From: Promethearchaeota archaeon
GTDB lineage: Archaea; Asgardarchaeota; Lokiarchaeia; Sigyniarchaeales; SOKP01
Direction: 5' to 3'
Assembly: GCA_004375715.1 (NCBI GenBank)
Contig: SOKP01000253.1
Location: 16,573 to 80,572 of the forward strand
DNA: 64,000 nucleotides
In this document: in pieces, positions 47,509 to 57,207 of the stretch
Position numbering within the stretch: position 1 is the first letter of the stretch
Layout: each line of letters begins with the position of its first letter
Position numbers and translations under genes: made by a program
The notes under the pieces: generated by a model
Told to the model about the DNA's origin: nothing
Database searches by the model: none
The model's input: the letters and a program-made list of their open reading frames with translations, nothing else

Positions 47509-48522
47509 TCAAGCTTTAAAATCAAGAGGTTCTCCACAGTTCGGACAAAATTTAAATTTGACTCCCATATGATACCCACAAACGGGACAATATAAGCCAG
47601 AATCGACATGTTCTGGTTGAACTTGAACCTCTTCTGTTCTATTTGACTCAGTTAGCACTTGATAATAGCCTCGTCGGTATCCTAAATCGAATCTTACTTT
47701 TAACGATGTGAAAAGAGTGGTCAATAAACATATAAAAAGTGGTCCAAGAATGATTCTTACTACATTATTCAATAACTCATTCAAAAATAGCATATCATAT
47801 CTCCTGCTTGCTGGGTCGTACCACGAGGCTAATGTAAAGGCGTCCACATGCCATATAAGGTTTAAGAACAAACCGTAAATCATATTAATAACAATGATAA
47901 TTAAAGAGCTGATAACAACAACTCCAATGATTTTCCAAAATGCTCCTTTAGTAATTAATCTTGCTTGTTTGAGAGGTTTTTCTATGTTTTCAAATTGATA
48001 AGTGAATACTGAACAAATATAAAGTCCGTAAATTATAATTCCAGGAATCAATAAAAACAAGAACCCAAGTGGAACTCCAAGACCAAGAATAGTAAGGACT
48101 ACAAATAATTTGGAATTAAATGATTTCTTTATATCTTGAACGAAATCAGTATCTAAGTTTAAGTACTTCTTGTAGAGGTAAATACTCACGGAACTCATAG
48201 CTAAGGTTGTAAAAAAAGCGTAAATAATACTATCTATAAAGATAACGATAAGACCAAATAGTAAAAAACTTATGAGTTGAGCTATATCAGCTTCCGTCAA
48301 GTTTGAAGGATAAGTCGCACCAATTATATTTCCGAGAACAGAACCTTGCCAATTCAGATCTGCGAGTAAAAAAATCTTTAAAAGCAAATAAATTACATAA
48401 AAAAGGGTAAGCGGTACGATAATTTTTGGCCAGTTTTTTTTAAATAAGCGAAAACCATCGGAAATGGATTCACCATAACTTTTTTTTGCTATTCTTGTTA
48501 ATTCTTGAGATTCGCGCGACAT
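47509..48522 (-). CDS. Polytopic membrane protein with a C-terminal zinc ribbon
   Basis: 337 aa with about 6 TM segments. The C-terminus is CPVCGYHMGVKFKFCPNCGEPL (C-x2-C ... C-x2-C). Confidence 0.5.
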   Translation of the reverse strand: MSRESQELTRIAKKSYGESISDGFRLFKKNWPKIIVPLTLFYVIYLLLKIFLLADLNWQGSVLGNIIGATYPSNLTEADIAQLISFLLFGLIVIFIDSIIYAFFTTLAMSSVSIYLYKKYLNLDTDFVQDIKKSFNSKLFVVLTILGLGVPLGFLFLLIPGIIIYGLYICSVFTYQFENIEKPLKQARLITKGAFWKIIGVVVISSLIIIVINMIYGLFLNLIWHVDAFTLASWYDPASRRYDMLFLNELLNNVVRIILGPLFICLLTTLFTSLKVRFDLGYRRGYYQVLTESNRTEEVQVQPEHVDSGLYCPVCGYHMGVKFKFCPNCGEPLDFKA

Positions 48523-48611
48523 ATTTTTATTATTTATATGTGAGTAAGGACCATTTAATAAGATTCAAAGTGAGTTAATAAATATTGTTATAATTTGATT
48601 CTGAATTCTAA

Positions 48612-48832
48612 ATTAATATTCCTTTGCCAACAACAGTCAAAGAGAAATGTAAAAAAATAATGGAAGACGAATATAAAATTAGACGCATGGCAGTAGATTA
48701 TAATATTCCTGCTATAATTAATCTTCAATTAGCAAAAGTAGTTATTGATGCGATTAAAATTACCCGCCAATAGAAAGTAGAAATTAAATCACTTACGAAT
48801 ATCATCAAATACTAAAATAAGTTTATTGGTAA
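48612..48832 (+). pseudogene. Decayed second copy of the last ~73 codons of carB
   Basis: It aligns codon-for-codon with 46295..46516 (INIPLPTTVKEKCKKIMEDEYKIRRMAVDYNIPAIINLQLAKVVIDAIK versus INIPMPTTVEEKFKTIMEDEYKIRRMAVDYNIPVIINLQLAKAVIDAIK). After that it carries an in-frame TAG and a 1-nt deletion. By hand I count about 39 differences over 222 positions. Confidence 0.8.
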
Positions 48833-48867
48833 AATAATAGAAAATAAAAAAAATTGGATTTAATTTT

Positions 48868-49893
48868 CTACTGTATTTTATTTAATTTTACGAAGAGAAG
48901 GGGTGCTAAATATCCTAGAACAAAACCAACGATGGCATACCTAGCAAACCTGTAGAAGACCGAGTCGAATAACCCTCTTATTGCTTCAAGAGCAAAGTAA
49001 ACTACAAATAAAATTACCAATCCAATTACTAGATTTATAATTTTCCATTTCATGTCAAGTTTACTTGGTTCATATTTAACATACTCGTTTTCAAGAACAT
49101 ATGCGATTCCAAATCCTAACAATACTCCACCAACTAGAGAAAAACTCCCAGTATCAGTGAAAGCGACAGGAGTTGGCAAGAGATCTGTTCCTGAAGTGGG
49201 AAACAAAAATATGCCTAATAAGAAGAGTACTAAAGATACAACAACAATAACTATCAACTTAATTGGTAGGTTTAAAGCGTTAAATTTTTCCGTGCCATAT
49301 GGTTCTAAATACGTAAAAAGCAAGAGTACGATTAGCCCTATTGAAAATCCTCCTATCACATCTTGTAGGTCATGAACACCAACGATCATTCTTGATATTG
49401 CAACTAGAAACATTATAATTCCCAAGATTATAACAATATAAAGCCTCTTTCGAAAATCATATCCGATATAACCCCATGTTCCTACGGCAGATTGAGTATG
49501 CCCAGATGGAAACCCATAAGATGTTTCTTCTAATCCCGCAGGGTTATCCACTGTGACTTCTCCACCAACATTAGTTGCGGGTCGTGGATCCATAAAAATA
49601 TCCTTAAAAAATTCGTTTAAATAAACAGTGAATACAAGACTCAAAGCTAAATTTTTGGCAAACCTCTTATCATATATAATATAGAAAACAGCCACCATCA
49701 CGATAAACACAATAGGCTCTCCAAGATAGGTTATTGCCTTAAAGATTGAACGTATTGTCGAGGAAGAACTATAGAAAGCTTCATTAAGCCCCAAGCCCAG
49801 AAGAATCAATCCCAATACTAGCACAACTACGAATATAACGCTGACAGTAATCAATTCATTTTTATTAAGGTTTTTATTATTCTCTGACATCAA
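48868..49893 (-). CDS. PAP2-family membrane phosphatase
   Basis: KDIFMDPRP (K-x6-R-P), FPSGHT (P-S-G-H) and SRMIVGVHDLQDVIGG (S-R-x5-H-x3-D), with multiple TM helices. Confidence 0.8.
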   Translation of the reverse strand: MMSENNKNLNKNELITVSVIFVVVLVLGLILLGLGLNEAFYSSSSTIRSIFKAITYLGEPIVFIVMVAVFYIIYDKRFAKNLALSLVFTVYLNEFFKDIFMDPRPATNVGGEVTVDNPAGLEETSYGFPSGHTQSAVGTWGYIGYDFRKRLYIVIILGIIMFLVAISRMIVGVHDLQDVIGGFSIGLIVLLLFTYLEPYGTEKFNALNLPIKLIVIVVVSLVLFLLGIFLFPTSGTDLLPTPVAFTDTGSFSLVGGVLLGFGIAYVLENEYVKYEPSKLDMKWKIINLVIGLVILFVVYFALEAIRGLFDSVFYRFARYAIVGFVLGYLAPLLFVKLNKIQ

Positions 49894-50104
49894 AAATCAC
49901 CAATGTTATTTTGGTGAAAAGTAATTCGATTTAATAGTTAATAAATCTTTTGTATAAAATTGCCGGTAAACTTTTGATTTTACCGTTAATAAAAACTATG
50001 AAAAATAATAAATAGTAATTAAATTTTGCTTTAAATAGCATTCTAAAAGTGAGATATAACATTAACTATCGGGTGTCAAACAGATTTACTATCGAGGATA
50101 CATT

Positions 50105-50371
50105 TTGGTTCGTTTGAAGATTATCGGAACTCAGTGGAAGATCGTAGAGAAATTGAAAGGTTTGAAACCCGAAGAAGATCAAGATTGGAAGATTACTTAT
50201 GTATCACCTACATACGGTGGATGGGATTTAATTATAGAGTGTGTATTTAATAATCTTGAAGATTTGGATGAAATCGTATCATTTTGCCGGGAGGATACTG
50301 ATTTAAAAGATTGGATCGATGCTACCACGACCCTTATCAGCACAAAAAAAAGTTTCAATCTCGAAAATTGA
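50105..50371 (+). CDS. Stand-alone Lrp/AsnC-type ligand-binding (RAM) domain-like protein
   Basis: 88 aa. YVSPTYGGWDLIIECVFNNLEDLDEIV...WIDATTTLI follows the RAM-domain beta-alpha-beta-beta-alpha-beta pattern. TTG start with GAGGA upstream. Confidence 0.4.
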   Translation: MVRLKIIGTQWKIVEKLKGLKPEEDQDWKITYVSPTYGGWDLIIECVFNNLEDLDEIVSFCREDTDLKDWIDATTTLISTKKSFNLEN

Positions 50372-50377
50372 TTCTTC

Positions 50378-51376
50378 TCAAATCAAATTATTTATAATAA
50401 TTTCTGAAATATCTGATGAGTATTCACCCGTTCTCCTTATACTCTCAATAATAAAACCTATTTCTACAAGGTATTCCGAATTAGGGCTGATTTTAATGGT
50501 GTTACACGCTTTTGTTAATTTTTTTATCGATTCAATATTTTCATTCGCCAAATTTAAATCTTTTTGGAGCCAGGCATCCAAACTCATATTTAGTAATTCT
50601 AACGAGATTTCACTTGCTTTCATAATGTTATTGTATAATTCCTTATCGATTTTTTGATAATCTATTAGAATTACATTTTTTGCAATTTTTACGGCGTGAT
50701 CACCTATTCTTTCTAAAAATCTGCTTATAAATTTGTAATTACTCGCATCCTCTAAGGTAATATCTAATTTTTGGCATAAAATTATATCTCGTAATACAAT
50801 GTGAGCTTGACGCTCAACTAACCAATTTAATCTATCAATATCATCGTCACTTTCAATTACTTTTTCCGCAAGGCTTTTATTTCCCGTCTCAAGAGCTTTC
50901 AGTGCGTCTTCGTGCATACTATTAGCTAAAATATACATTCTTTTTATGGTCTTCTCAAACGGCATTTCTTTTGGGTCGAGTAAATCTTTAATTATAATAA
51001 TGTTATCTGATTCTTCCATAATTTCAGTACCTATAGTAATCTTACTGAAATTTCTTACTGTATCTCTTATAATTGACTCGAATTTTTTACTAGATTTCAC
51101 TTCTATAATGTTATACCCCATAATATAAGCGCCTATTAAGAGTCTGAATAAAAAATCTGGATCCTTAATCTCATCAATGTCAAACTTCTTTTCTTTTATA
51201 GATTTCTCTGAACTTATGTAAGGAGTAATAAGCAAATTACCATCTGGTTGTGACAAGATACCGATTGTATCTTTAACCTGAATTCCGTGCTTATTGATCC
51301 ATTCTTTTGGTAGACTAATGATATAAGTAGAGCCACCTGTTTTCTGAACTTTTCTTGTTTCAATATTGAATGACAT
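50378..51376 (-). CDS. AbrB/SpoVT-domain plus PhoU-domain regulator (archaeal phosphate-uptake-regulator type)
   Basis: N-terminus RKVQKTGGSTYIISLPKEWINKHGIQVKDTIGI (AbrB-like swapped hairpin), followed by two PhoU-like helical repeats (ERIGDHAVKIAKN). Confidence 0.8.
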   Translation of the reverse strand: MSFNIETRKVQKTGGSTYIISLPKEWINKHGIQVKDTIGILSQPDGNLLITPYISSEKSIKEKKFDIDEIKDPDFLFRLLIGAYIMGYNIIEVKSSKKFESIIRDTVRNFSKITIGTEIMEESDNIIIIKDLLDPKEMPFEKTIKRMYILANSMHEDALKALETGNKSLAEKVIESDDDIDRLNWLVERQAHIVLRDIILCQKLDITLEDASNYKFISRFLERIGDHAVKIAKNVILIDYQKIDKELYNNIMKASEISLELLNMSLDAWLQKDLNLANENIESIKKLTKACNTIKISPNSEYLVEIGFIIESIRRTGEYSSDISEIIINNLI

Positions 51377-51533
51377 AACTTTTTCTTCTCATTTAAATTT
51401 ATAATTTATATATAGAATTCTCTTATTATATATATTTTCTCTATATTCTATATATAAGTCGAAATATTAAAAGTCTCTTCTTGAAGACTTCATTATTTAA
51501 TACTAGTGTTTAAGATACCTTTATATAACTAGA

Positions 51534-51779
51534 ATGTATCTTTTTTTTTATATAAAGAAAAGATCAATGAATCCTATTAAAATGGAAAACAAATACAAAT
51601 TCTGTCCTAGATGTAAGAGCAACAAAATAATAGATATGGGCGATACCATCGACTGCCCGGAATGCAGATTAGAATTTGAAAAAATTGATATAAAAACCCT
51701 CGAATCTAATCAAATTCTAGCGATTTCAGAAAAACTCGAGTTTGTAAGAAGTATTAAGAATAACCATAGTGAAAACTAA
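51534..51779 (+). CDS. Small zinc-ribbon protein
   Basis: CPRCKSNKIIDMGDTIDCPECRLEF (C-x2-C-x13-C-x2-C). The start is probably an internal ATG (51567 or 51582). Confidence 0.4.
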   Translation: MYLFFYIKKRSMNPIKMENKYKFCPRCKSNKIIDMGDTIDCPECRLEFEKIDIKTLESNQILAISEKLEFVRSIKNNHSEN

Positions 51780-51940
51780 TTTTATTCTTCGAATAACTTT
51801 TCTTGTTTAAAGAAAGGGTCGTATCGACATTCTGTACTTATAGATCATAGATAAAAAATCTATTAATGAATGATGACTTTTGTTTTTTATAGCTTATAAT
51901 TAGATTTAATCTATTTTTTAATAATAATTTCTAACTCATT

Positions 51941-53776
51941 ATGGTATTTAATAAGAAAGAATTAACTGCTGAACCCGTGGTAGAGTTTTCTCCGGGTAAA
52001 GATCCGTACATAAAGTCGCGGAAGAAGGGGGCTACTAGATGGATTTTAGCTCATTTATTTCACGGCTCTAACAAGTTTTTCATAATAATTATAATTTTTA
52101 CAATTATCCTTTCTGCTAATTTATCCTCTATTATATATATTATAATAGGCCAAACAATATCAGCATTGTTGAGTGGATTAACTGCATTATTAGGAAATTA
52201 CATTTTAAGTTTATTTATATTAGGGATAACGGGTCCTATATTGAGAATTGTAAGCCGAATGTTAATAGAGACCTTAGCGCAGAGGACAGAGAGGGACGCG
52301 CGAAAAGAGTTTTTTACAAATCTATTAGGAAAAAGTCAATCTTTTCACGAGCAAATGAAAATTGGAGAGTTAATGGCAAGAGTAACTGATGATGTACGGA
52401 TGTTGAATTTCTTGATTAGCCCTGCTCTCTCATTAATAGTAGAATCATTTACTTATTTATTTATTCCAGTTATATACATCATTTTATATTACCCTTTTCA
52501 GTTAATAATTGAACCTATATTCTTTTCTATTTCATTTCTTATCTTATTAAGGTCATATTCACGCAAAATTGGACCTATAACGGGCCGTTTAAGGGGAAAT
52601 TTTGGTTCAATGACTGCTACTTTAAGCGAGACCTTATCGGGTATTGAAGTAGTAAAAGCTACAGTCCAAGAAGAAAAAGAGATGAAAAAGTATTATAAAC
52701 ACGCTAAAAATTATAAAGAAGCGTTTATCGAGCGAGGAAAGTTACAAGCAAAGTATCTTCCGATTTTGGTTTTGGCATTAGTTATAACTGCTGGTTTTAC
52801 GCATAGTGTTGTGTTATTTAATAACGGACTGATGAATATAGGGCAAATAATTGCTTTTTTAGGAATTTTGGGATTGTTACGTTTTCCTACAAACATTTCC
52901 ATGTTTGTTTTTGCTATCTTTCGTTTAGCTGGATCAAGTGCTGATAGACTACTTGAATTAATGAATAAAAAGACTGAGATTAACGAAAACAAAGAAGGCA
53001 AAGAAATTGTTTTCGAGGGAAATATCACATTTGAGAATGTAGAATTTATTTATCCTGGTAGTAAAACACCGGTGTTAAAAGATATTTCCTTTGAAGTTCA
53101 AGCTGGACAAACCGTTGCCATAGTCGGCACAACTGGATCTGGAAAAACTACCCTAACTAAATTAATTTCACGGCTCTACGATGTTTCTAACGGTAGAATA
53201 TTAGTTGATGGAAATGATATTCGGGATTACTCCTTACAATCTTTACGAGATCAAATTTCTTATATTGAACAAGATGTATTCTTATTCTCTACTACTATTT
53301 TTGATAATATCTCTTTTGGACGAGTAAGTTCATTGGAGCAAGTTATTAACGTAGCTCAACAAGCACAAGTTCATGATTTTATCAGTGAGTTGCCTGAAGA
53401 ATATCAATCGAAGGTAGGAGAAAGAGGGGTTCAACTTAGTGGGGGAGAAAGACAAAGAATTGCAATCGCACGAGCTTTTTTATCAGATCCTCGTATTCTT
53501 ATTTTAGACGATTCAACTTCCGCTATTGACTCTAACACAGAGGACAAAATTCAGTTTGCAATTAAAAACATTCTTAAAAATCGCACTACAATTTTAATAA
53601 CTCACCGATTATCACAAATTAGGTGGGCAGATTTAATTTTAGTTTTAAAAAATGGTGAAATAGTTGCTAAAGGGAACCATGAAGAATTATTAAAGACATC
53701 TGAAGAATATCGCAAAATTTTCGTGAAGAAATTCGATATCGAAGAAGATCAATTGCTTAAGGAGGTGAGAAAATAG
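51941..53776 (+). CDS. ABC exporter half-transporter (TMD-NBD), subunit with a degenerate Walker-B glutamate
   Basis: Six N-terminal TM helices. Walker A GTTGSGKTT, signature LSGGERQR, Walker B ILILDDSTSAID (Asp where the catalytic Glu is expected). Confidence 0.9.
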   Translation: MVFNKKELTAEPVVEFSPGKDPYIKSRKKGATRWILAHLFHGSNKFFIIIIIFTIILSANLSSIIYIIIGQTISALLSGLTALLGNYILSLFILGITGPILRIVSRMLIETLAQRTERDARKEFFTNLLGKSQSFHEQMKIGELMARVTDDVRMLNFLISPALSLIVESFTYLFIPVIYIILYYPFQLIIEPIFFSISFLILLRSYSRKIGPITGRLRGNFGSMTATLSETLSGIEVVKATVQEEKEMKKYYKHAKNYKEAFIERGKLQAKYLPILVLALVITAGFTHSVVLFNNGLMNIGQIIAFLGILGLLRFPTNISMFVFAIFRLAGSSADRLLELMNKKTEINENKEGKEIVFEGNITFENVEFIYPGSKTPVLKDISFEVQAGQTVAIVGTTGSGKTTLTKLISRLYDVSNGRILVDGNDIRDYSLQSLRDQISYIEQDVFLFSTTIFDNISFGRVSSLEQVINVAQQAQVHDFISELPEEYQSKVGERGVQLSGGERQRIAIARAFLSDPRILILDDSTSAIDSNTEDKIQFAIKNILKNRTTILITHRLSQIRWADLILVLKNGEIVAKGNHEELLKTSEEYRKIFVKKFDIEEDQLLKEVRK

Positions 53777-53777
53777 T

Positions 53778-55577
53778 TTGTGGGTAGGTCTTGAAGCAGA
53801 AGAATACGATCGAAAATATCAAGATAAAGACTTACTGAAACGAATTATATCTTACTTCTCACCTTATAAACGAGCAATGATTCTTGTTATATTCTTTCTT
53901 TCAATCTCGTCGCTTACTACCGCTTTTCAACCGATTATCACTTCTATAATTATTAGTAATTTAGAAACTTCTCCAGATTTAATTTTTATTTTATTTTTAA
54001 TCTTGATCATTTTTATCTTTAACATTTCAAGCTGGGTTTTTAATTATATTAGACAAATATATTCTACTCGAGTAATTGGAAGTGTAGTGCTAGATATAAG
54101 AAAGGACGCTCATAAATCAGTCGTAAATCACGATTTGTCTTTCTTTGATAAAAATCCCATAGGAAAAATAGTTTCAAGAATCAACACTGACTCAAGGGAC
54201 TTCGGAGAGACAGTTGAATTGTCAATTGAGGTAATTTCCTCTGTTGTCGTCTTAACGATTTTAATCATTGTGATGTTTACTGTGGATGTGGTGCTAACAT
54301 TCGTTCTTCTTATATCCCTCCCGTTATTTTTTGTAGCAGCGATGTCATTTAGGAAATTTGCGAGAAAGATGACTCTTCTTGGACAACGTGCCTTAGCTTC
54401 AGTAAACGCGTATACAAAAGAAAGCTTTTCTGGTATCCAAATTGCAAAAACCTTTAGGCGAGAAAAAAAGGTTTATGATGACTTCCTTCAAGTGAATAAC
54501 CAATCGTATAAGGTGAATTTAAAAAGAGCGTTCTTGTTGAATGCTATCTTTCCTACTCTTGGTTTAATTCAAGGTTTTGTCACGATGTTGTTAATTTTAA
54601 TGGGAAGTATCTTGGTAACCGAAGGATTTGTTGGAGTAGGAGAACTAGTTCTCTTCATTCAAAGCATATCTCTATTATTTTTTCCCTTACTCATTATAGC
54701 ATCTTTCTGGCCTATGTTTCAAACTGGTATGGCAGCTTCGGAGAGAATTTTTGCAATAATAGATACACTGCCTCTTGTTATTCAGACGAATAACATAAAA
54801 CCTTCTAAATTGAAGGGTGAAATAGAGTTCAAAAATTTAACATTTCAATACGATAAGGGTAGATTAATCTTCGATAATTTTTCACTTAAGGTTAATCCAG
54901 GAGAGTCTATAGCTCTTGTAGGGCATACCGGAGCAGGTAAATCAAGTATCGCAAAACTTATTGCCCGATTTTATGAATTTCAAAGTGGAGATATCTTAGT
55001 TGATGGGAAAAGCATAAGAGAATACGATCTTACGGAATATAGAAAACATATCGGTATAATCCCGCAAACTCCATTCTTATGGGCGGATACTGTTGAAAAT
55101 AATATCAAATATGGGGATGAAAACGCTTCAATGGAGGATGTAATGCACGCATTGGAAATTAGTGGCGGGTCTGAGTGGGTTAAAAACCTTCCTGAAGGAT
55201 TAAAAACAAATGTTCGTGAAAGAGGCTCTCTTCTCTCAATGGGGCAGCGTCAATTAGTTGTTTTTGCTCGAGTTTTGTTAGAAAACCCTTCAATTCTAAT
55301 TTTAGACGAAGCAACCGCTTCAGTAGACCCTTTTACAGAAACCCAAATTCAAGATGCCCTCGAAAAAACAATCAAAGGGCGATCATCTATAATTATTGCC
55401 CATCGTTTATGGACCGTTAGACGCGTGGATAGGATTATTGTTCTGGATCACGGTAAAATCATGGAGGAAGGAAATCACGAGGAATTAATGAAACGAGGCG
55501 GTACTTACGCCAATTTATATAATACTTATTTCCGACACCAATCCTTAGAGTATATTGAAAAGATGGGAAAAAATTAA
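53778..55577 (+). CDS. ABC exporter half-transporter (TMD-NBD), subunit with a non-canonical signature motif
   Basis: TTG start 1 nt after the preceding stop, with GGAGGTGA 9 nt upstream. Walker A GHTGAGKSS, signature LSMGQRQ (not LSGGQ), Walker B ILILDEATASVD. Confidence 0.9.
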   Translation: MWVGLEAEEYDRKYQDKDLLKRIISYFSPYKRAMILVIFFLSISSLTTAFQPIITSIIISNLETSPDLIFILFLILIIFIFNISSWVFNYIRQIYSTRVIGSVVLDIRKDAHKSVVNHDLSFFDKNPIGKIVSRINTDSRDFGETVELSIEVISSVVVLTILIIVMFTVDVVLTFVLLISLPLFFVAAMSFRKFARKMTLLGQRALASVNAYTKESFSGIQIAKTFRREKKVYDDFLQVNNQSYKVNLKRAFLLNAIFPTLGLIQGFVTMLLILMGSILVTEGFVGVGELVLFIQSISLLFFPLLIIASFWPMFQTGMAASERIFAIIDTLPLVIQTNNIKPSKLKGEIEFKNLTFQYDKGRLIFDNFSLKVNPGESIALVGHTGAGKSSIAKLIARFYEFQSGDILVDGKSIREYDLTEYRKHIGIIPQTPFLWADTVENNIKYGDENASMEDVMHALEISGGSEWVKNLPEGLKTNVRERGSLLSMGQRQLVVFARVLLENPSILILDEATASVDPFTETQIQDALEKTIKGRSSIIIAHRLWTVRRVDRIIVLDHGKIMEEGNHEELMKRGGTYANLYNTYFRHQSLEYIEKMGKN

Positions 55578-55649
55578 GCTAAGGATATCATTAAATTTCA
55601 TTAAAAATGCATTCTTAGAAAAAATAATAAGAAAATTGAATAAAAAAAG

Positions 55650-57014
55650 CTATAGACGAGTAATGTATCTATTTCTTTCCCATTCAGAGACAACTAATCT
55701 ATAAGCGTCATTCTCTTCCAATTTTGCGTAATAAAAGTTTTTAAATGGTTGCTCCCCGAAGATTTCCTTCATCAATTCAGAATTCTTGAATTCCTTCAGT
55801 GCTTCCATTAAGCTACCTGGTAAAGCGTTAATTCCCTCCTTTTCCATTTCTTTTGAGGTTAGATTATACACATTTCGATCGGTAGGCTCGTAAAGTTCAA
55901 GGTCTTTAGATAAAATCCCATATAAACCCGTACTCAAAAGAACAGCAAACTGTAAGTATGGATTACCCGCAGGATCTGGGCAACGAATCTCACATCTGGC
56001 AGCACTTGGTTTTCCATTAAAGTCTGGAACCCGAATTAATGGGGACCTATTGCGAAAACCCCATGCTATATACACGGGAGCTTCGTATCCCGGTACTAAT
56101 CTTTTGTATGAGTTTGGCCAACTACTTAAAACAGCACACATAGCTTTAGCATGGTGCAATTGACCCGCAATCCATTTTTTCATCGTCTGCGATATATAAG
56201 CTGGATCTGATTCGTCATAAAATACATTTTTTCCATCTTTCCAAAGGCTCTGATGACAGTGCATTCCGGAACCGTTTATCCCATCAAAGGGTTTGGGCAT
56301 GAAGGTTGCTGTCATATTATTTTGAGCTGCCACAATTTTAATTATCGTTTTTATCGTAATTGTATTGTCCGCACTTACAACTGCTTTATCGTAGCGAAAA
56401 TCAACTTCGTGCTGACCAAAAGCCACCTCGTGATGAAGTTTCTCAATTTCTATTCCCATTTTGTCGCAATATTCCGCAATCGTGTAGCGCATGCGTTCGT
56501 TAATATCGTAGGGATCGTAATCGAAATATCCTCTCATATCAGATGGTTTGAAGGTAGCCTGCTTATGTTCTTGATTTAACATAAAAAATTCCATCTCAGG
56601 AGCACAAATATATTCAAATCCATGCTGTTTCGCTTTTTTAACTGCTTTCTGGAGTATGTAGCGCGGGTCCCCCTCGTATCGCTCACCCTCAGGTGAATAA
56701 ATATCACAAATTACTCTGGCTGCTCGATTGTTTGTCTCACTGTTACGCCATGGCAACACGTAAAAAGTGCTTGGATCAGGCAACGCAACTTTATCAGACT
56801 CCTCAATCGCTCCATACCCCGTTATAGAACTTCCATCAAAAGCTTCGCCTATTTCAAAACATTCTTCAATTCGCTTAGAATTAATTTCAAAGGATTTAAT
56901 TAACCCATGAATATCTGTAAATTGAAGGTATATAAACTTAATATCCTCCTCTTTAACCTGCTCGATTACATCCTCACATAACCCTTTCCGATTTGGATCT
57001 CCCTTTTCAATCAT
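55650..57014 (-). CDS. glnA: Glutamine synthetase, type I
   Basis: IKFIYLQFTDIHG, FDGSSITGY, NGSGMHCHQSLW, and SYKRLVPGYEAP...NRSPLIRVP. Confidence 0.95.
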   Translation of the reverse strand: MIEKGDPNRKGLCEDVIEQVKEEDIKFIYLQFTDIHGLIKSFEINSKRIEECFEIGEAFDGSSITGYGAIEESDKVALPDPSTFYVLPWRNSETNNRAARVICDIYSPEGERYEGDPRYILQKAVKKAKQHGFEYICAPEMEFFMLNQEHKQATFKPSDMRGYFDYDPYDINERMRYTIAEYCDKMGIEIEKLHHEVAFGQHEVDFRYDKAVVSADNTITIKTIIKIVAAQNNMTATFMPKPFDGINGSGMHCHQSLWKDGKNVFYDESDPAYISQTMKKWIAGQLHHAKAMCAVLSSWPNSYKRLVPGYEAPVYIAWGFRNRSPLIRVPDFNGKPSAARCEIRCPDPAGNPYLQFAVLLSTGLYGILSKDLELYEPTDRNVYNLTSKEMEKEGINALPGSLMEALKEFKNSELMKEIFGEQPFKNFYYAKLEENDAYRLVVSEWERNRYITRL

Positions 57015-57065
57015 TTTTTATCTCTTTATAGTTTTAACTTTTTTTATTATTTATAGTAAAAACAA

Positions 57066-57100
57066 AATCCCATTTCAAGATTATAAATAAAATTGGGATT
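57066..57100 (-). promoter_or_regulatory. Inverted repeat AATCCCA-N21-TGGGATT flanking a TATA-like element upstream of glnA
   Basis: The 7-bp arms at 57066-57072 and 57094-57100 enclose TTATAAATAAAA, 52-86 nt upstream of the glnA ATG. This is a candidate operator/promoter and is not validated. Confidence 0.3.
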
Positions 57101-57131
57101 GGAAATATATAAATTTTTTTATGCAACCGAC

Positions 57132-57207
57132 AAAAAACTATCACGCAGCATAAAAAAAAATGAAAAAACTATCACCTAGCATAAAAAAAAATGAGAAAAC
57201 TATATCG
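57132..57207. repeat. Tandem 31-bp direct repeat (two full copies plus a partial third)
   Basis: 57132-57162 AAAAAACTATCACGCAGCATAAAAAAAAATG and 57163-57193 AAAAAACTATCACCTAGCATAAAAAAAAATG differ at 2 positions. A third, degenerate unit starts AGAAAACTATATCG at 57194. Confidence 0.8.

Noticed and set aside
57015-57130. An NrpR-type nitrogen operator (GGAA-N6-TTCC) upstream of glnA.
   Set aside because: The only GGAA (57101-57104) is followed by ATATATAAAT, not N6-TTCC, so no such operator is present.
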